From an uncultured Clostridia bacterium (lineage in GTDB: Bacteria > Aerophobota > Aerophobia > Aerophobales > AE-B3A): a stretch of DNA of 64,000 nucleotides. Within the stretch, counting starts at the first letter, position 1; every line of letters starts with the position of its first letter. The notes under the pieces were generated by a model. It saw only the letters and a list, made by a program, of their open reading frames with translations, did no database searches and was not told the DNA's origin. A program made the translations under genes and the position numbers. Positions 1-11,487 of the stretch are shown here, piece by piece. The stretch spans positions 8,295-72,294 of the forward strand of contig CAZIXA010000007.1 of assembly GCA_964543295.1 (NCBI GenBank), in the 5' to 3' direction.

Positions 1-230
1 ATGCGATGATTTTTCCAGCTACAGGTAGTAGCAGCGGAGGTAATAGTAATCCCACGTTCTTTTTCCTGTTTCATCCAATCCATCACTGCTGTCCCCTCGT
101 GCACCTCGCCTACCTTATGAATTTTTCCTGTATAGTAAAGGATACGTTCAGTAGTAGTTGTCTTCCCCGCATCTATGTGGGCAACTATACCAATATTTCT
201 TACTTTGTCTAGAGAATGTTTAGGTTCCAT
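1..230 (-). CDS. fusA: Elongation factor G, N-terminal part (partial, continues beyond window start)
   Basis: Minus-strand translation from the ATG at 228-230 gives [46 protein letters not shown]... with the G1 motif AHIDAGKTT; canonical position after rpsG. Confidence 0.85.
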   Translation of the reverse strand, partial: MEPKHSLDKVRNIGIVAHIDAGKTTTTERILYYTGKIHKVGEVHEGTAVMDWMKQEKERGITITSAATTCSWKNHR

Positions 231-360
231 CTGTCTATCCAGGTATTACTGTAACTTTTCAGCCACAGATTTACGCTGATATTTTTCTTTAAGAATAATA
301 TCTGTGATCTCTTTGTGTTTTATACCTATCTGTGTTCATCTGTGGCTAAATAATAATATT

Positions 361-831
361 TTACCATCGATAATGAGCAAAAGCTCGATTAGCCTCTGCC
401 ATACGATGGGTATCTTCCTTCTTTTTTACTGATAAACCTTCTCCTCGTGATGCCATGATGATCTCTTGGGCCAATTTCTCTTTTATTGGCTTACCCCTTT
501 TTTGGCGAGCAAAATACACTATCCACCGAAGAGCCAGAGCTTCTCTCCTTTCAGACCTAACCTCTGTCGGTATTTGATAAGTAGCTCCTCCTACCCGACG
601 ACTGCGAACCTCTAAAACGGGTTTAACGTTGTCCAAGGCCTTAAGGAAAACTTCCATAGGATTTCTCTTTTCCCTTTCCTGTATAATGTCGAAGCACTCA
701 TAACAAATAGCCTCGGCTTTGCTCTTCTTCCCTTCTTTCATTATCTTATTGATGAACTTGCTTAATACTTCACTATTATAAAGTGAATCTCCGGGTACAC
801 TCCTCTTTTTAGCTATTCTTCTTCTGGCCAT
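361..831 (-). CDS. rpsG: 30S ribosomal protein S7
   Basis: 156-aa ORF with typical S7 sequence ([10 protein letters not shown]...HYRW). Confidence 0.97.
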   Translation of the reverse strand: MARRRIAKKRSVPGDSLYNSEVLSKFINKIMKEGKKSKAEAICYECFDIIQEREKRNPMEVFLKALDNVKPVLEVRSRRVGGATYQIPTEVRSERREALALRWIVYFARQKRGKPIKEKLAQEIIMASRGEGLSVKKKEDTHRMAEANRAFAHYRW

Positions 832-842
832 TTAAGTCCCCT

Positions 843-1211
843 TTAGCCTCTCTTCCTCCCATATCTTGATCGACTCTGCTTTCTTCCCTCCACTCCCGCT
901 GTGTCTAAGGCTCCTCGTATAATATGATATTTTACTCCGGGCAAATCCTTAACTCTTCCCCCTCTCACCAGAACGATGGAATGTTCCTGCAAATTATGTC
1001 CTTCTCCAGGAATATATGCGGTCACCATTTTTCCATTGGACAGCCTCACCCTCGCTACTTTTCTCAGAGCAGAATTAGGTTTCTTGGGGGTAAGAGTTCT
1101 TACGCTGACACAGACCCCTTTCTTTTGAGGTGATTTTTGCAAAGCCAAGCTTTTTCCTTTCTTTTTAACGCGCAGTCGTCCCTTTTTTACCAATTGATTT
1201 ATGGTAGGCAT
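843..1211 (-). CDS. rpsL: 30S ribosomal protein S12
   Basis: [12 protein letters not shown]... S12 signature; ATG is 1 nt after the rpoC stop; ORF-track start 1220 is an upstream GTG. Confidence 0.95.
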   Translation of the reverse strand: MPTINQLVKKGRLRVKKKGKSLALQKSPQKKGVCVSVRTLTPKKPNSALRKVARVRLSNGKMVTAYIPGEGHNLQEHSIVLVRGGRVKDLPGVKYHIIRGALDTAGVEGRKQSRSRYGRKRG

Positions 1212-1212
1212 T

Positions 1213-4200
1213 TTACTCACCTTTAGTGGGTGTTCTATCTTTCGAATTTATGTCGAATCCGGTGCCTGCCGGGACTAACTTGCCCACAATCACATTTCCT
1301 TTTAGTCCCTTTAGAGTATCGACCTGTCCACAGATAGCTGCCTCAGCCAGAACCTGCTTGGTCTTCTGGAAAGAGGCAGCGGACAAAAAGCTTTCCTTAT
1401 CTTCTTGGGCTGCTTTAGGTATAGCTAATAGAACAGGTTTTACTGTAGCAGGCCTACCTCCCCTCTCTTTTACTTTCCGGTTAACTTCTTCAAATTGGGT
1501 TTTGTCTATCTGTTCCCCTGGAAGATAATCGGTATCTCCCGGGTCTTCTACCTCAACTTTCCTCATCATCTGTCTTACGATCACTTCAAAGTGTTTGATA
1601 TTAATATTTACCCCTTGAGACTTATATACTTGCTGCGTTTGATCGACCAGATATTTCTCTACTGCTCTAGTCCCCTTTATACTCAAGAGACTGCGAGGAT
1701 TAATACTTCCTTCAATAATTTTACCTCCCGCCTCTATGATTTCCCCGTCCGAGACCAACATTTCTCCCCCTACCTCATAAGTTATCTCCCTGTCTCCTTC
1801 TCCTTTCACCTTAACGAAGATACCTCCTTTTTCTTCCTTTATGCTCACCTTCCCTTCTATTTCGCTGATGAGAGCTTCTTCCCCTTTACGCTGTCTGATG
1901 ATTCCTTTACGCGGATAATCGTATTTTCGAGGTTCAAAGAGTTCTGTAGCTCGGGGCAACCCTTGAGGAATATCTCCACCCTTCTGAAATATTCCTCCCG
2001 TATGGAAAGTACGTAAAGTTAGCTGAGTACCAGGTTCACCTATAGACTGGGCTGCTATCACTCCTACCGCTTCGCCAAGGTCTACCAGCCTATGAGTAGT
2101 CAAATCCCATCCATAACATCTTTGGCACAGTCCCCATTTTGCTTGACAGGTGAGAGGAGAGCGAAGCTTTACTCTCTTCACTCCCGACTTTTCAATTCTT
2201 TTCGCTAACTTCTCGGTTATCTCCTCATTAGACCCAACGATTAGCTCTTTTGAGGAAGGATCCATCACTGGAGATGCAGTTATCCTGCCTACTATTCTCT
2301 TCCTCGGAGACTCTGCCTCTTTCTCCTCAGCTAAGAGTGTTATGGAAATACCATCAATCGTTCCACAGTCTCTCTCAGTAATAATAACATTTTCAGCTAC
2401 CGCCACTAATTTACGGGTAAGATAACCAGCGTAGGCGGTTTTTAAGGCTGTATCTACCAGGCCTTTTCTACCTCCTGAGGTAGAAATGAAATACTCTGGA
2501 GCAGTAAGACCTTCCTCAAAGCTAGAGCGCACAGGCTCCTCCCCAATTCTTCCCTTTAATCTTCCTCCAGAAATGGGATAAAAGTATTGCTTAATTAACT
2601 CTGAAGGGATACTTGGCTGTCTTTTAAATACCTCGTCCCAAAGTTCTCTACGATAGGTTTCTCTTATAGATCTAGCCATTAGGCCTCTCATTCCTACTAT
2701 TTGACGCAGTTGCTCGGCGGATCCTCTTGCTCCTGATTTCCACATCAAATAGAGGGGATTAAAAGGATCTCGGGAAAGATGCTGGGATACTTTTTCTCCA
2801 ATTTGATCAACAACTCTCATCCCCAAATCAATCACTTCCATATATCTTTCTTCCTCGCTAATAGTCCCCTCCTCAGCCAATAGACGGAACCCCTTTGCCT
2901 CCTCTTCTGTTTCTTCTAAAAGTTCTTTTTTCTCTTTTATTTTAGGGACATCGGAAAGAGCAAAGGTCAGTCCGGATCTTGTGCCAAAATCAAATCCCAA
3001 TCTTTTAACTTCATCCAAAACTCTGGCTGTGGTTACATTTCCGTATTTTTGCCAGATTTTACTTATAATCTGGGCCAGAACCTCCTTGTCAACTAGTCTA
3101 TTTTCAAACTCCATTTCTTCTGGCAGAATTTGATTGAATATTACTCTACCGGGGGTAGTCTGGAGCCACCGTCCATCCACAAGTAGCTTTATCCTTTGAT
3201 GAAGATCTATCTTCTCCAACTCGTAAGCGAGTATTACCTCGTCCGAGCATGAGAACACTTTTTCTTCTCCGGTCCTCTCTCTTTCTAGAGTTAAGTAATA
3301 GCAACCGGCAGCAATGTCCTGAGTGGGAGTAATTACGGGGTCTCCATTAGATGGAGAGAGAATATTGTTGGTGGAAAGCATCAAAGTCCTTGCCTCAAGC
3401 TGTGCCTCATAGGAAAGTGGAATATGGACAGCCATCTGATCACCATCAAAATCAGCATTGAAAGCACTGCAGACCAGAGGATGAAGCTGAATAGCATTTC
3501 CCTCTATTAAAACTGGCTGGAAGGCCTGAATTCCAAGCCTATGTAAAGTAGGAGCTCGATTCAGGAGAACCGGATGATCCTTAACTACCTTTTCTAATAT
3601 TTCCCATACCAAAGAATCGGTCTTTTCTACCAGATCATTGGCCCTTTTAATAGTTTCAGCTTTGCCTTCTCGCAGGATCTCACTTAGAACAAAAGGTCTA
3701 AAAAGCTCCAGAGCCATACTTTCAGGCAGTCCACATTGGTAAACCTTTAGATCTGGACCGGGTACAATCACTGCTCTTCCCGAGTAATCAACCCTTTTAC
3801 CTAAAAGATTTTGTCGAAATCGACCTTGTTTTCCCTTGATTATTTCACTTAAAGACTTGAGTGGTCTTCCTCCTGCTCCTAATATGGGTTGGGGAAGTTT
3901 TTCATTTTCGAATAATGCATCTACCGATTGTTGAAGCATTTTCTTCTCGTTCTGGATAATTATTTGAGGCGCCCCAATATCGAGCAAATACTTAAGTCGA
4001 TTATTCCGATTAATAATTCGTCGGTATAAATCATTGAGATCGGAATTGGCAAAAATTCCACTCTCCAGTTGCACCATGGGCCGAAAGTCAGGAGGAATAA
4101 CAGGAACAACTTTTAAAATCATCCACTCGGGCCTGTTTCCTGAGCGAAGAAAACTCTCCACTACCTGCAAGCGCCTGATTAACTTGAGTCTTTTACCTTT

Positions 4201-4794
4201 GGATCTTTCCTGGAGGAGCTCTTCCTTCAATTTATCCTTTAAGCGCTCGATCTTCATTTCCTTGAGAACATTTAGAATTACCTCTGTTCCGGTGCCAGCC
4301 TGAAATGAACCTTCCCCATATAAATTTTTATATCTTTGATACTCCTCCTCATCCAGGATTTGCAATTCCCTTAAGGGAGTCTCGCCCGGATCGACTACCA
4401 GATAACTTATAAAGTAAATCACTCTTTCTAGCTCGTTTTTCTTAAGCCCCAATAGAAGAGGTAGATAATTCTTTGTATACCAGATATGAGCAACCGGGGC
4501 AGCCAGTTCAATGTGTCCCATTCTTTCACGACGAACCTTAGAGGAGGTGACCTCTACCCCACACCTCTCACATCTCACTCCCTTATATTTCATTTTTCTA
4601 TATTTGCCGCAATAACACTCATAACTTTTGGTAGGACCAAATATCCGCTCACAAAAAAGACCACCCCTTTCCGGCCTGAAAGTACGATAATTAATGGTAT
4701 CTGTTTTCTTTACCTCTCCGTAAGACCATTCCCTCATCTCTTCAGGAGAGCCTAGCCTTATTCTAATCTTGTCAATATCACTCATCTTCCACAC
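1213..4794 (-). CDS. rpoC: DNA-directed RNA polymerase subunit beta prime
   Basis: 1193-aa ORF; N-terminal Zn-binding CX2C...CX2C; NADFDGD catalytic motif. Confidence 0.98.
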   Translation of the reverse strand: MWKMSDIDKIRIRLGSPEEMREWSYGEVKKTDTINYRTFRPERGGLFCERIFGPTKSYECYCGKYRKMKYKGVRCERCGVEVTSSKVRRERMGHIELAAPVAHIWYTKNYLPLLLGLKKNELERVIYFISYLVVDPGETPLRELQILDEEEYQRYKNLYGEGSFQAGTGTEVILNVLKEMKIERLKDKLKEELLQERSKGKRLKLIRRLQVVESFLRSGNRPEWMILKVVPVIPPDFRPMVQLESGIFANSDLNDLYRRIINRNNRLKYLLDIGAPQIIIQNEKKMLQQSVDALFENEKLPQPILGAGGRPLKSLSEIIKGKQGRFRQNLLGKRVDYSGRAVIVPGPDLKVYQCGLPESMALELFRPFVLSEILREGKAETIKRANDLVEKTDSLVWEILEKVVKDHPVLLNRAPTLHRLGIQAFQPVLIEGNAIQLHPLVCSAFNADFDGDQMAVHIPLSYEAQLEARTLMLSTNNILSPSNGDPVITPTQDIAAGCYYLTLERERTGEEKVFSCSDEVILAYELEKIDLHQRIKLLVDGRWLQTTPGRVIFNQILPEEMEFENRLVDKEVLAQIISKIWQKYGNVTTARVLDEVKRLGFDFGTRSGLTFALSDVPKIKEKKELLEETEEEAKGFRLLAEEGTISEEERYMEVIDLGMRVVDQIGEKVSQHLSRDPFNPLYLMWKSGARGSAEQLRQIVGMRGLMARSIRETYRRELWDEVFKRQPSIPSELIKQYFYPISGGRLKGRIGEEPVRSSFEEGLTAPEYFISTSGGRKGLVDTALKTAYAGYLTRKLVAVAENVIITERDCGTIDGISITLLAEEKEAESPRKRIVGRITASPVMDPSSKELIVGSNEEITEKLAKRIEKSGVKRVKLRSPLTCQAKWGLCQRCYGWDLTTHRLVDLGEAVGVIAAQSIGEPGTQLTLRTFHTGGIFQKGGDIPQGLPRATELFEPRKYDYPRKGIIRQRKGEEALISEIEGKVSIKEEKGGIFVKVKGEGDREITYEVGGEMLVSDGEIIEAGGKIIEGSINPRSLLSIKGTRAVEKYLVDQTQQVYKSQGVNINIKHFEVIVRQMMRKVEVEDPGDTDYLPGEQIDKTQFEEVNRKVKERGGRPATVKPVLLAIPKAAQEDKESFLSAASFQKTKQVLAEAAICGQVDTLKGLKGNVIVGKLVPAGTGFDINSKDRTPTKGE

Positions 4795-4805
4795 TGGCTT
4801 ACCTC

Positions 4806-7800
4806 CTATTCCCCCTCTTCTTCCATATCCTTAATAGAAAACTTTTTTCCATTCCCCCAAAATTCTAAATTTAGGCCCAGAGATTGAAGCTCCTTAGCCA
4901 GAACCTTGAAAGACTCGGGAGTCTGAGTATCCAATAGGTTCTCTCCTTTTATTATCCACTCATGTATCCTAGTCCTACCCTGGAGATCATCCGACTTACC
5001 CGTAAGCATCTCTTGTAGAGTATAGGCTGCTCCATAGCCTTCCAGAGCCCACACTTCCATCTCACCAAATCTCTGTCCTCCTTGCCTGGATCTTCCCCCC
5101 AGGGGCTGTTGAGTAATTAAAGCATAAGGTCCGGTACTACGAGCATGCATCTTCTCCTCGGCAATATGAATAAGTTTCATTACATACATGTATCCCACGG
5201 CGATCTTCCGATCAAAGGGTCTACCGGTTCGTCCATCATAAAGAAGAGTTTTGCCCGATTTTGGTAGGTGAGCGTCTTTCAATAGATCTCTTATCTCTTC
5301 CACCTTAGGCCCCTCAAAAACAGGACATATCATCCGCATGCCCAGAGTTTTAGCCACCCATCCTAAATGCATTTCTAGAATCTGACCAATATTCATTCTA
5401 GATGGAACCCCCAAAGGGTTTAATACTAATTCCACGGGAGTCCCATCAGGAAGATAGGGCATGTCTTCCTCAGGAAGCACTCTAGCAATAACTCCTTTGT
5501 TCCCGTGTCGACCAGAAATTTTATCTCCTACTCCAATTTTCCGTCTGATAGCTACATATACCTTAACCCTCTTTTTCACATCAGGTGGTAGGTCATCCTT
5601 GTTTTCTTGCGAGAATACCCTTACCATAATCGCCTTACCCTTAATGCCATGAGGAACCCTTAAAGAGTTATCTTTGACTTTCTGCGCTTTTTCTCCGAAG
5701 ATACTCCTAAGAAGTCTTTCTTCGGGAGTCAATTTTATCTCCACCTGAGGTGTGACTTTGCCCACCAGTATATCCCCTGAGTCAACTTCCGCTCCTATTC
5801 TAATGATGCCATCGGCGTCTAGATCCTTCAAGGATGATTCCTCCACATTAGGAACATCAGCGGTTATCTCCTCCACCCCTGATTTAAGTTCTTTCGCCTC
5901 AACCTGAAATTCTTCTATATGGATGGAAGTGAAAACATCTTCTTTGACCAATTTTTCACTTATTAGTATCGCATCCTCAAAATTGTAACCTTCCCAGGGC
6001 ATAAAGGCTACCAGAACGTTTCTACCTAAGGATAACTTGCTCTCGCAAATGGCGGCACCGTCAGCTATAAACTGTCCTTTCTTAACCTTGTCCTCTTTGG
6101 AAACAATGGGTCTCTGATTTATGCAAGTCCTTTGATTAGACCTTTTAAACTTGGTGAGCTCATATTCATCTACACCCTTTAAAGTCTTTATTTTTACGCG
6201 GCCGGCATCTACGAAGATAACCTCACCTTCTTCTTTTGCCCTCACCCCACACATAGAATCCTCGGCTACTTTTCCTTCCATCCCCGTCTGAACAAAGGGT
6301 TGTTCTGGATTCTCCAAGGGAACTACTTGACGTTGCATGTTCGATCCCATGAGAGCCCTGTTAGCCTCATTATGTTCCAGAAAGGGAATTAATGAGGTAG
6401 TGACACTGACTATCTGCTTAGGCGAGACATCTACATAGTCCACTTTTTCCCTGGAGATAGTGACAATATCTCCTCGGTACCTGGCTATTACCTCAGAGTT
6501 AATGAACCTTCCCTCTTCATCTACGGTATCAGCACCCGCAACATAGCACTCATCTTCTTCTCGTGCATCAAGATAGACCACTTCTTGGCCTGCCCTTCCA
6601 CCAACCACTTTCCTATAGGGAGTTTCCAGAAAACCAAACTCATTTACCCTGGCATAAGTGGCCAACGATGTAATCAAACCAATATTCTGTCCTTCAGGGG
6701 TCTCTATAGGACAAATGCGTCCATAATGCGTATAATGAACATCCCTTACCTCCTCCTTAGCCTGAACTCGAGTTAATCCTCCTGGACCTAGAGCAGATAA
6801 TCTGCGTTTGTGGGTTAGTTCCGCTAAAGGATTGGTCTGGTCAAGATATTGGGAAAGACGCCCGGTGTTAAAAAAGCTATTCACTGCCGCCCTTACGGCT
6901 CTGGTGTTGATGAGAGAACGAGGAGTAATAGTATCAGGATCTTGAATACTCATTCCTTGCTGGATTATCCTGGCCAGGTGAGTCAGGCCGATACGTAGTT
7001 GCTCTGACAAAAGATCTCCTATCCTTCTCACCCTTCTATAAGAGAGATGATCCAGGCTCTTAACCTCTTTTTTCTCCCTGCTTAATCTAAGTAGATATTT
7101 TATAATTCCTATTATATCATTTAATCTAAGAACATATATCTGCCAATCGGTGTTTAACCCCAACTCTTTATTGAGTTGAAATCTACCCACTTTGCCAAGA
7201 TTATATCGGCGAGAATCTTTAAAGGTCCTCTCAAAAACTTCTTTAATGGACTCAAAAATCAAAGGACGTCCTGACCGAATTTTTTGATAGATCTGAAGAA
7301 GAGCCTCTTCCTCAGAATTTGCTCCATCCTGCTTAAAACTCTGTTCAAGAATTTCTTTATCCAGAGGATGAGTGAATTCCTTGAGAACCTCAGCTGGGAG
7401 GCCGCCCATAGCTCTTATAAACAAAGTAGCCAGAAATCTCCTTCCCCTGTTAATGCGGATAAAGAGAAGGCTGTCTCTGATTTCAAAATCTAACCAATTC
7501 CCTCTCTCTGGAATAACTCTGGCACGATAAAATATTCGTCCGCCTGAAACAGTTGAAGTATCTTCTTCAAAAAAGACACCGGGAGAACGCTGCAACTGAT
7601 TAACTATTATCCTTTCCGCTCCATTGACAACAAAACTTCCCTCTCTTGTCATTAATGGAAAATCTCCTAGATAAACCTCCTGCTCAGCTACCTCTTCAGT
7701 TTCTTTTTTCAGACGAAGCTTAACATACAGAGGAAGAGAGTATGTGAGTTCTTCTTCTCTACATTTTTCTACAGAGCATCTGGGTTCATTAAAACGATAC

Positions 7801-8018
7801 TCTACAAAATCTAATTCTAACTTTCCATTATAGCTCTTCACCGGGAAGACATCTTTAAATATTCCTTGTAGTCCCTCTTCCTTTCTCATCTTTGGAGAGA
7901 CATCCTTTTGCAAAAAGGCCTTAAAAGATGTCTTTTGCATCTCTAATAGATTGGGAATCTCCACTACGGGTTTAGATTTAGTAAAATCTATTATCCCCTC
8001 CCCTGATTTTCTATGCAT
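4806..8018 (-). CDS. rpoB: DNA-directed RNA polymerase subunit beta
   Basis: 1070-aa ORF with conserved beta-subunit blocks; directly upstream of rpoC. Confidence 0.98.
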   Translation of the reverse strand: MHRKSGEGIIDFTKSKPVVEIPNLLEMQKTSFKAFLQKDVSPKMRKEEGLQGIFKDVFPVKSYNGKLELDFVEYRFNEPRCSVEKCREEELTYSLPLYVKLRLKKETEEVAEQEVYLGDFPLMTREGSFVVNGAERIIVNQLQRSPGVFFEEDTSTVSGGRIFYRARVIPERGNWLDFEIRDSLLFIRINRGRRFLATLFIRAMGGLPAEVLKEFTHPLDKEILEQSFKQDGANSEEEALLQIYQKIRSGRPLIFESIKEVFERTFKDSRRYNLGKVGRFQLNKELGLNTDWQIYVLRLNDIIGIIKYLLRLSREKKEVKSLDHLSYRRVRRIGDLLSEQLRIGLTHLARIIQQGMSIQDPDTITPRSLINTRAVRAAVNSFFNTGRLSQYLDQTNPLAELTHKRRLSALGPGGLTRVQAKEEVRDVHYTHYGRICPIETPEGQNIGLITSLATYARVNEFGFLETPYRKVVGGRAGQEVVYLDAREEDECYVAGADTVDEEGRFINSEVIARYRGDIVTISREKVDYVDVSPKQIVSVTTSLIPFLEHNEANRALMGSNMQRQVVPLENPEQPFVQTGMEGKVAEDSMCGVRAKEEGEVIFVDAGRVKIKTLKGVDEYELTKFKRSNQRTCINQRPIVSKEDKVKKGQFIADGAAICESKLSLGRNVLVAFMPWEGYNFEDAILISEKLVKEDVFTSIHIEEFQVEAKELKSGVEEITADVPNVEESSLKDLDADGIIRIGAEVDSGDILVGKVTPQVEIKLTPEERLLRSIFGEKAQKVKDNSLRVPHGIKGKAIMVRVFSQENKDDLPPDVKKRVKVYVAIRRKIGVGDKISGRHGNKGVIARVLPEEDMPYLPDGTPVELVLNPLGVPSRMNIGQILEMHLGWVAKTLGMRMICPVFEGPKVEEIRDLLKDAHLPKSGKTLLYDGRTGRPFDRKIAVGYMYVMKLIHIAEEKMHARSTGPYALITQQPLGGRSRQGGQRFGEMEVWALEGYGAAYTLQEMLTGKSDDLQGRTRIHEWIIKGENLLDTQTPESFKVLAKELQSLGLNLEFWGNGKKFSIKDMEEEGE

Positions 8019-8116
8019 AAATTAATCCTCCTTTGCAACTGTTCACCGCAAAGCGCGCCGAGATGAAGCAAAAAGAAAAACTTAAGGTGAAATATAATAG
8101 GGCTGAATAGTTACCT

Positions 8117-8551
8117 TTATTTTAACTCTACTTTAGCTCCTACCGCCTCCAAGGTTTCCTTGATCTTTTGAGCTTCTTCCTTACTCACTCCCTGCTTAAC
8201 TGGTTTAGGGGCCTGTTCCACTAAATCCTTAGCTTCTTTCAGGCCCAGGGAGGTAAGTTTTCTCACCTCTTTAATTACCTGAATCTTCTTGCTTCCTATC
8301 TCACTTAGCACTACCTCAAATTCGGTCTTTTCTTCTTCCTTCTTTTCACCCGAAGGGGCAACTTGAGAAATCGCTTGGGGAGCAGCCGCTTCCACTCCAA
8401 ATTTATCTTCAAGTCCCTTTATTAGTTCCGAAAGCTCCAGTACATTCATTCCCTCTATCGCTTTTATAACCTCTTCCTTCTTATCTACTTTAACTTTGGG
8501 TTTATTACTTTTTTCATCCTTTTTTTTTACCACGGGTGGTGTCTTAACCAT
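8117..8551 (-). CDS. rplL: 50S ribosomal protein L7/L12
   Basis: ATG at 8549-8551 preceded by AAAAGGAGG RBS; ...[27 protein letters not shown]...[10 protein letters not shown]... typical L12; lysine-rich 28-aa N-terminal extension. Confidence 0.9.
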   Translation of the reverse strand: MVKTPPVVKKKDEKSNKPKVKVDKKEEVIKAIEGMNVLELSELIKGLEDKFGVEAAAPQAISQVAPSGEKKEEEKTEFEVVLSEIGSKKIQVIKEVRKLTSLGLKEAKDLVEQAPKPVKQGVSKEEAQKIKETLEAVGAKVELK

Positions 8552-9073
8552 AGATGAACCTCCTTTTTTCTCCAAAATCGAAGTCAGCAAAAAAATTAAA
8601 TTGCCCATGGGGGAACTTAAGACGCCTAACAGTCGCCTTAAGGGGAACTGCATCAGGGTCAAAAGTTGTACCAAGAGAATCTCCCGTGAGGGAAGACCAC
8701 CTAGAACCTTTACTTTATCTCCCTCCAAGATCTCTCCCCCTAGAATCCCTCCTTTAAAGACTAATTGAGGATGATCTAAAACAAAATCCTTAAGTATTTT
8801 AGCCGAGGCCAAAGGATCGTGCTCAACAAAGACTATCCCCGTGCATCCGCAAAAAAACTTACCAACCCCTTCCAAATCTGCTCCCCTTACAGCCCGAGAG
8901 GCCAGAGTATTTTTTACCACCAGGAACCTGGCGCCTTTACTCCTTAACAACTTGCGAAGTTCCGTAAGTTCAGCCACCTTCAATCCCTGATAATCCACTA
9001 CGAAGGAAGCCTCACTTCTTTCCAATACTTCTTCAATCTTTTTTACCTTTACTATTTTGTCCTCTAAACTCAT
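8552..9073 (-). CDS. rplJ: 50S ribosomal protein L10 (no stop codon; reads in frame into rplL)
   Basis: [12 protein letters not shown]... 174 aa of L10-like sequence; ATG is 1 nt after the rplA stop; no in-frame stop before the rplL ATG (see findings). Confidence 0.85.
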
Positions 9074-9074
9074 T

Positions 9075-9776
9075 TCACAAAATCTCCAGGGCTTTTTGCA
9101 CATTTACTCCTATTCCTGGACCCATGGTGGAGCAAAGGGAAATCCCCTTAATGTATCTTCCCTTCACCGTAGAAGGCTTAACTTCTATCAGAGATCTGAG
9201 TAAGGCCTTGAGGTTATCCAATAAAGCTTCTTCGTTGAAAGAAACTCTTCCCAGCGCGGCATGAATTACTCCGGTGGCATCACTTCTATACTCAATTTTA
9301 CCCCTCTTCAATTCTTCTACAACTCTTGCAGGATCATCACTTACCGTTCCTACTTTGGGAGAAGGCATCAAACCTTTCGGTCCCAGAATTCGACCTAACT
9401 TGGCCACTACTCTCATCATCCTGGTAGTCGAGACTACCGCATCAAATCCTAACCAACCAGCCTCAATTCTCTTGGCTAACTCTTCTCCATCCACATAGTC
9501 AGCTCCGGCCTCTTTAGCTCGCTCAGCCTCATTCCCCTCAGCGAAAACGACTACTTTTATCTTCTTTCCCAGGCCCTGAGGAAGTACAACTGTCCCCCTT
9601 ACTCGTTCTCCCTTCGTTTTAGGCTTTACATTCAGGCAAATAGCTACCTCGACCGACTCCTCAAACTTGCAATTAGAGGTCTCTTTGACCAGCTTCACAG
9701 CATCCATGGGGACATAGAGCTTATTTTTATCTATCTTCTTTTTTAACAGGAGATATCTCTTTCCTCTTCTTCCCAT
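9075..9776 (-). CDS. rplA: 50S ribosomal protein L1
   Basis: 233-aa ORF, L1 family sequence. Confidence 0.95.
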   Translation of the reverse strand: MGRRGKRYLLLKKKIDKNKLYVPMDAVKLVKETSNCKFEESVEVAICLNVKPKTKGERVRGTVVLPQGLGKKIKVVVFAEGNEAERAKEAGADYVDGEELAKRIEAGWLGFDAVVSTTRMMRVVAKLGRILGPKGLMPSPKVGTVSDDPARVVEELKRGKIEYRSDATGVIHAALGRVSFNEEALLDNLKALLRSLIEVKPSTVKGRYIKGISLCSTMGPGIGVNVQKALEIL

Positions 9777-9778
9777 CC

Positions 9779-10207
9779 TTACTCCTCTATCTCCAGACCC
9801 ATATTTCTAGCTGTTCCTTCGATAATCTTCACGGCGCTGTCCACATCGTAGGCATTTAAATCAGGTAATTTAGTCCGGGCTATTCTTACTAGATCTTCTC
9901 TCCTTAGCTTGCCCACTTTTCTCTTATTAGGCTCCCCAGAGCCTTTCTCTATTCCGGCTGCTGTCTTAAGGAGCGACGCTGTCAGGGGTGTCTTCAGCTC
10001 GAAGACAAAAGACCTGTCTTTATAAACGGTTATCCTGACCGGTATCAAAATATCGCCTTGTGCTTTTGTTTTTTCATTAAAAGACCTGCAAAAATCCATT
10101 ATATTAACCCCATGCTGACCCAATGCTGGTCCTACTGGAGGGGCGGGGTTTGCCTTACCTGCCTGAATCTGGAGCTTAATATAGGTTAAGATTAGTTTTT
10201 TTGCCAC
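9779..10207 (-). CDS. rplK: 50S ribosomal protein L11
   Basis: 142-aa ORF, L11 signature ([18 protein letters not shown]). Confidence 0.96.
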   Translation of the reverse strand: MAKKLILTYIKLQIQAGKANPAPPVGPALGQHGVNIMDFCRSFNEKTKAQGDILIPVRITVYKDRSFVFELKTPLTASLLKTAAGIEKGSGEPNKRKVGKLRREDLVRIARTKLPDLNAYDVDSAVKIIEGTARNMGLEIEE

Positions 10208-10761
10208 TAGAGCCTCTCCACATTCACATATTCTAGTTCCACAGGAGTCTCCCTACCAAATATGGAAACTAATACTTTGAGCCTCTGTTGATGAGGATTG
10301 ACCTCTATTATTTCCCCTTGAAAATTAGTAAAGGGCCCTTGTACGATGCGAATGTTCTCCCTTGGTTCAAACACAATACCGGGTTTTGGTTTTTTCTCTA
10401 AAAGACCCATTCGATGTTCAATATTGCTCACCTCTTTTTCATCCATAGGAACAGGCTGATTCTTAGGACCCACAAAACCACTAACCCCCGGCGTATTGCC
10501 GATTACATACTTGGTTTCTTCAGTTAAATCCGCCTCTATCAACATATATCCGGGAAAGAACTTCCTCCTATATATTCTCCTTTTCCCATCCTTAACTTCG
10601 GCTATCTTCTCCTTGGGAATTAAGATGCGAAAAATCTTGTCCTTCATTCCAAAAGATTCGATTCTCTGTTGCAGATTGGCCATTACCCTATCTTCTTGCC
10701 CAGCATAAGTATGAAGGGCATACCACTTTTTACTCAACTTTTCACTCATTAAAAGTCTCAC
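10207..10761 (-). CDS. nusG: Transcription termination/antitermination factor NusG
   Basis: [16 protein letters not shown]-terminal NGN motif and C-terminal KOW region; overlaps rplK start. Confidence 0.95.
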   Translation of the reverse strand: MRLLMSEKLSKKWYALHTYAGQEDRVMANLQQRIESFGMKDKIFRILIPKEKIAEVKDGKRRIYRRKFFPGYMLIEADLTEETKYVIGNTPGVSGFVGPKNQPVPMDEKEVSNIEHRMGLLEKKPKPGIVFEPRENIRIVQGPFTNFQGEIIEVNPHQQRLKVLVSIFGRETPVELEYVNVERL

Positions 10762-10943
10762 CTCATAAAAAGATTTAAGATCTGGAACAATACAAAATCT
10801 ATTCCCCCAATGATAATAGCAAAAATAATAATAGCCATTATGACAATGAAGGTGGATCTTACAAGTTTCGCCCGATTGGGCCAGCTAACCTTCTTTAATT
10901 CACCTCTTACTGCCCGCAAAAAAACACTTACCTTCTTCGTCAC
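10758..10943 (-). CDS. secE: Preprotein translocase subunit SecE
   Basis: 61-aa protein with a single C-terminal TM helix, canonical position upstream of nusG. Confidence 0.85.
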   Translation of the reverse strand: MTKKVSVFLRAVRGELKKVSWPNRAKLVRSTFIVIMAIIIFAIIIGGIDFVLFQILNLFMR

Positions 10944-11096
10944 CTCTTTTGCTCTTCAGATAATTTCATTTATCAATAATTTGAAGTCTGGAATATCTCG
11001 GGACTCCTCCTACTGATACTTTCCCGGTACTACCAAGGGTTAAAGATCAGTCCAATGGGGGTCTTTCTTCCACTGATTTTTGATTTCTGACAAGAT

Positions 11097-11190
11097 ACTC
11101 GAGAGGGGAAATAGGGCTTCGCCGATTCCTTCGGAATGCCCCCCTCGACGGCTCGAGCAAGTCGAGCCTGCTCCCCTCTTTTTTCCCATA
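11097..11190 (+). ncRNA. Candidate structured RNA / intrinsic-terminator-like GC-rich element (plus strand)
   Basis: Nested palindromes including a UUCG-looped hairpin and a GCAA(G)-looped hairpin, enclosed by stem AGAGGGGA/TCCCCTCT followed by TTTTTT; sits in an AT-rich spacer. Confidence 0.3.
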
Positions 11191-11262
11191 TTTGGTCTAC
11201 CGAGGTTTACTTGATAATAATTCAGAGAGATTATTGAAATTCCTATACCTGCACTCTAACGT

Positions 11263-11339
11263 TGGCAGGCCCGGCAGGACTCGAACCCGCAACCGCCGGA
11301 TTTGGAGTCCGGTGCTCTAGCCACTTGAGCTACGGACCT
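11263..11339 (-). tRNA. tRNA-Trp (anticodon CCA)
   Basis: Reverse complement folds as a tRNA with anticodon loop CUCCAAA, GTTCGAGTC T-arm and encoded CCA; canonical position next to secE. Confidence 0.9.
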
Positions 11340-11487
11340 ATTTTTCCTTATGAACTATGTGTTTACGACAAATCGGACAATACTTTTTAAGACTCAAAGA
11401 AGGACTCTTTTTTTCTTTGGTAGTTGTATAATTCCTTCCTTTGCACTCACTACAGACAAGGGTAATTATCTCCCTCAATTTCTTCTC

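Noticed and set aside
1226-2016. Plus-strand ORFs inside rpoC (1226..1528, 1495..2016) and similar antisense ORFs inside rpoB, ppdK, glmS, the solute-binding proteins and AOR
   Set aside because: They lie antisense to highly conserved genes and have no start signals or recognisable similarity. They are typical shadow ORFs.
10944-11262. Expected rpmG (L33) between tRNA-Trp and secE
   Set aside because: All three minus-strand frames were translated. None gives an L33-like zinc-ribbon protein. The region instead holds the GC-rich structured element reported above.
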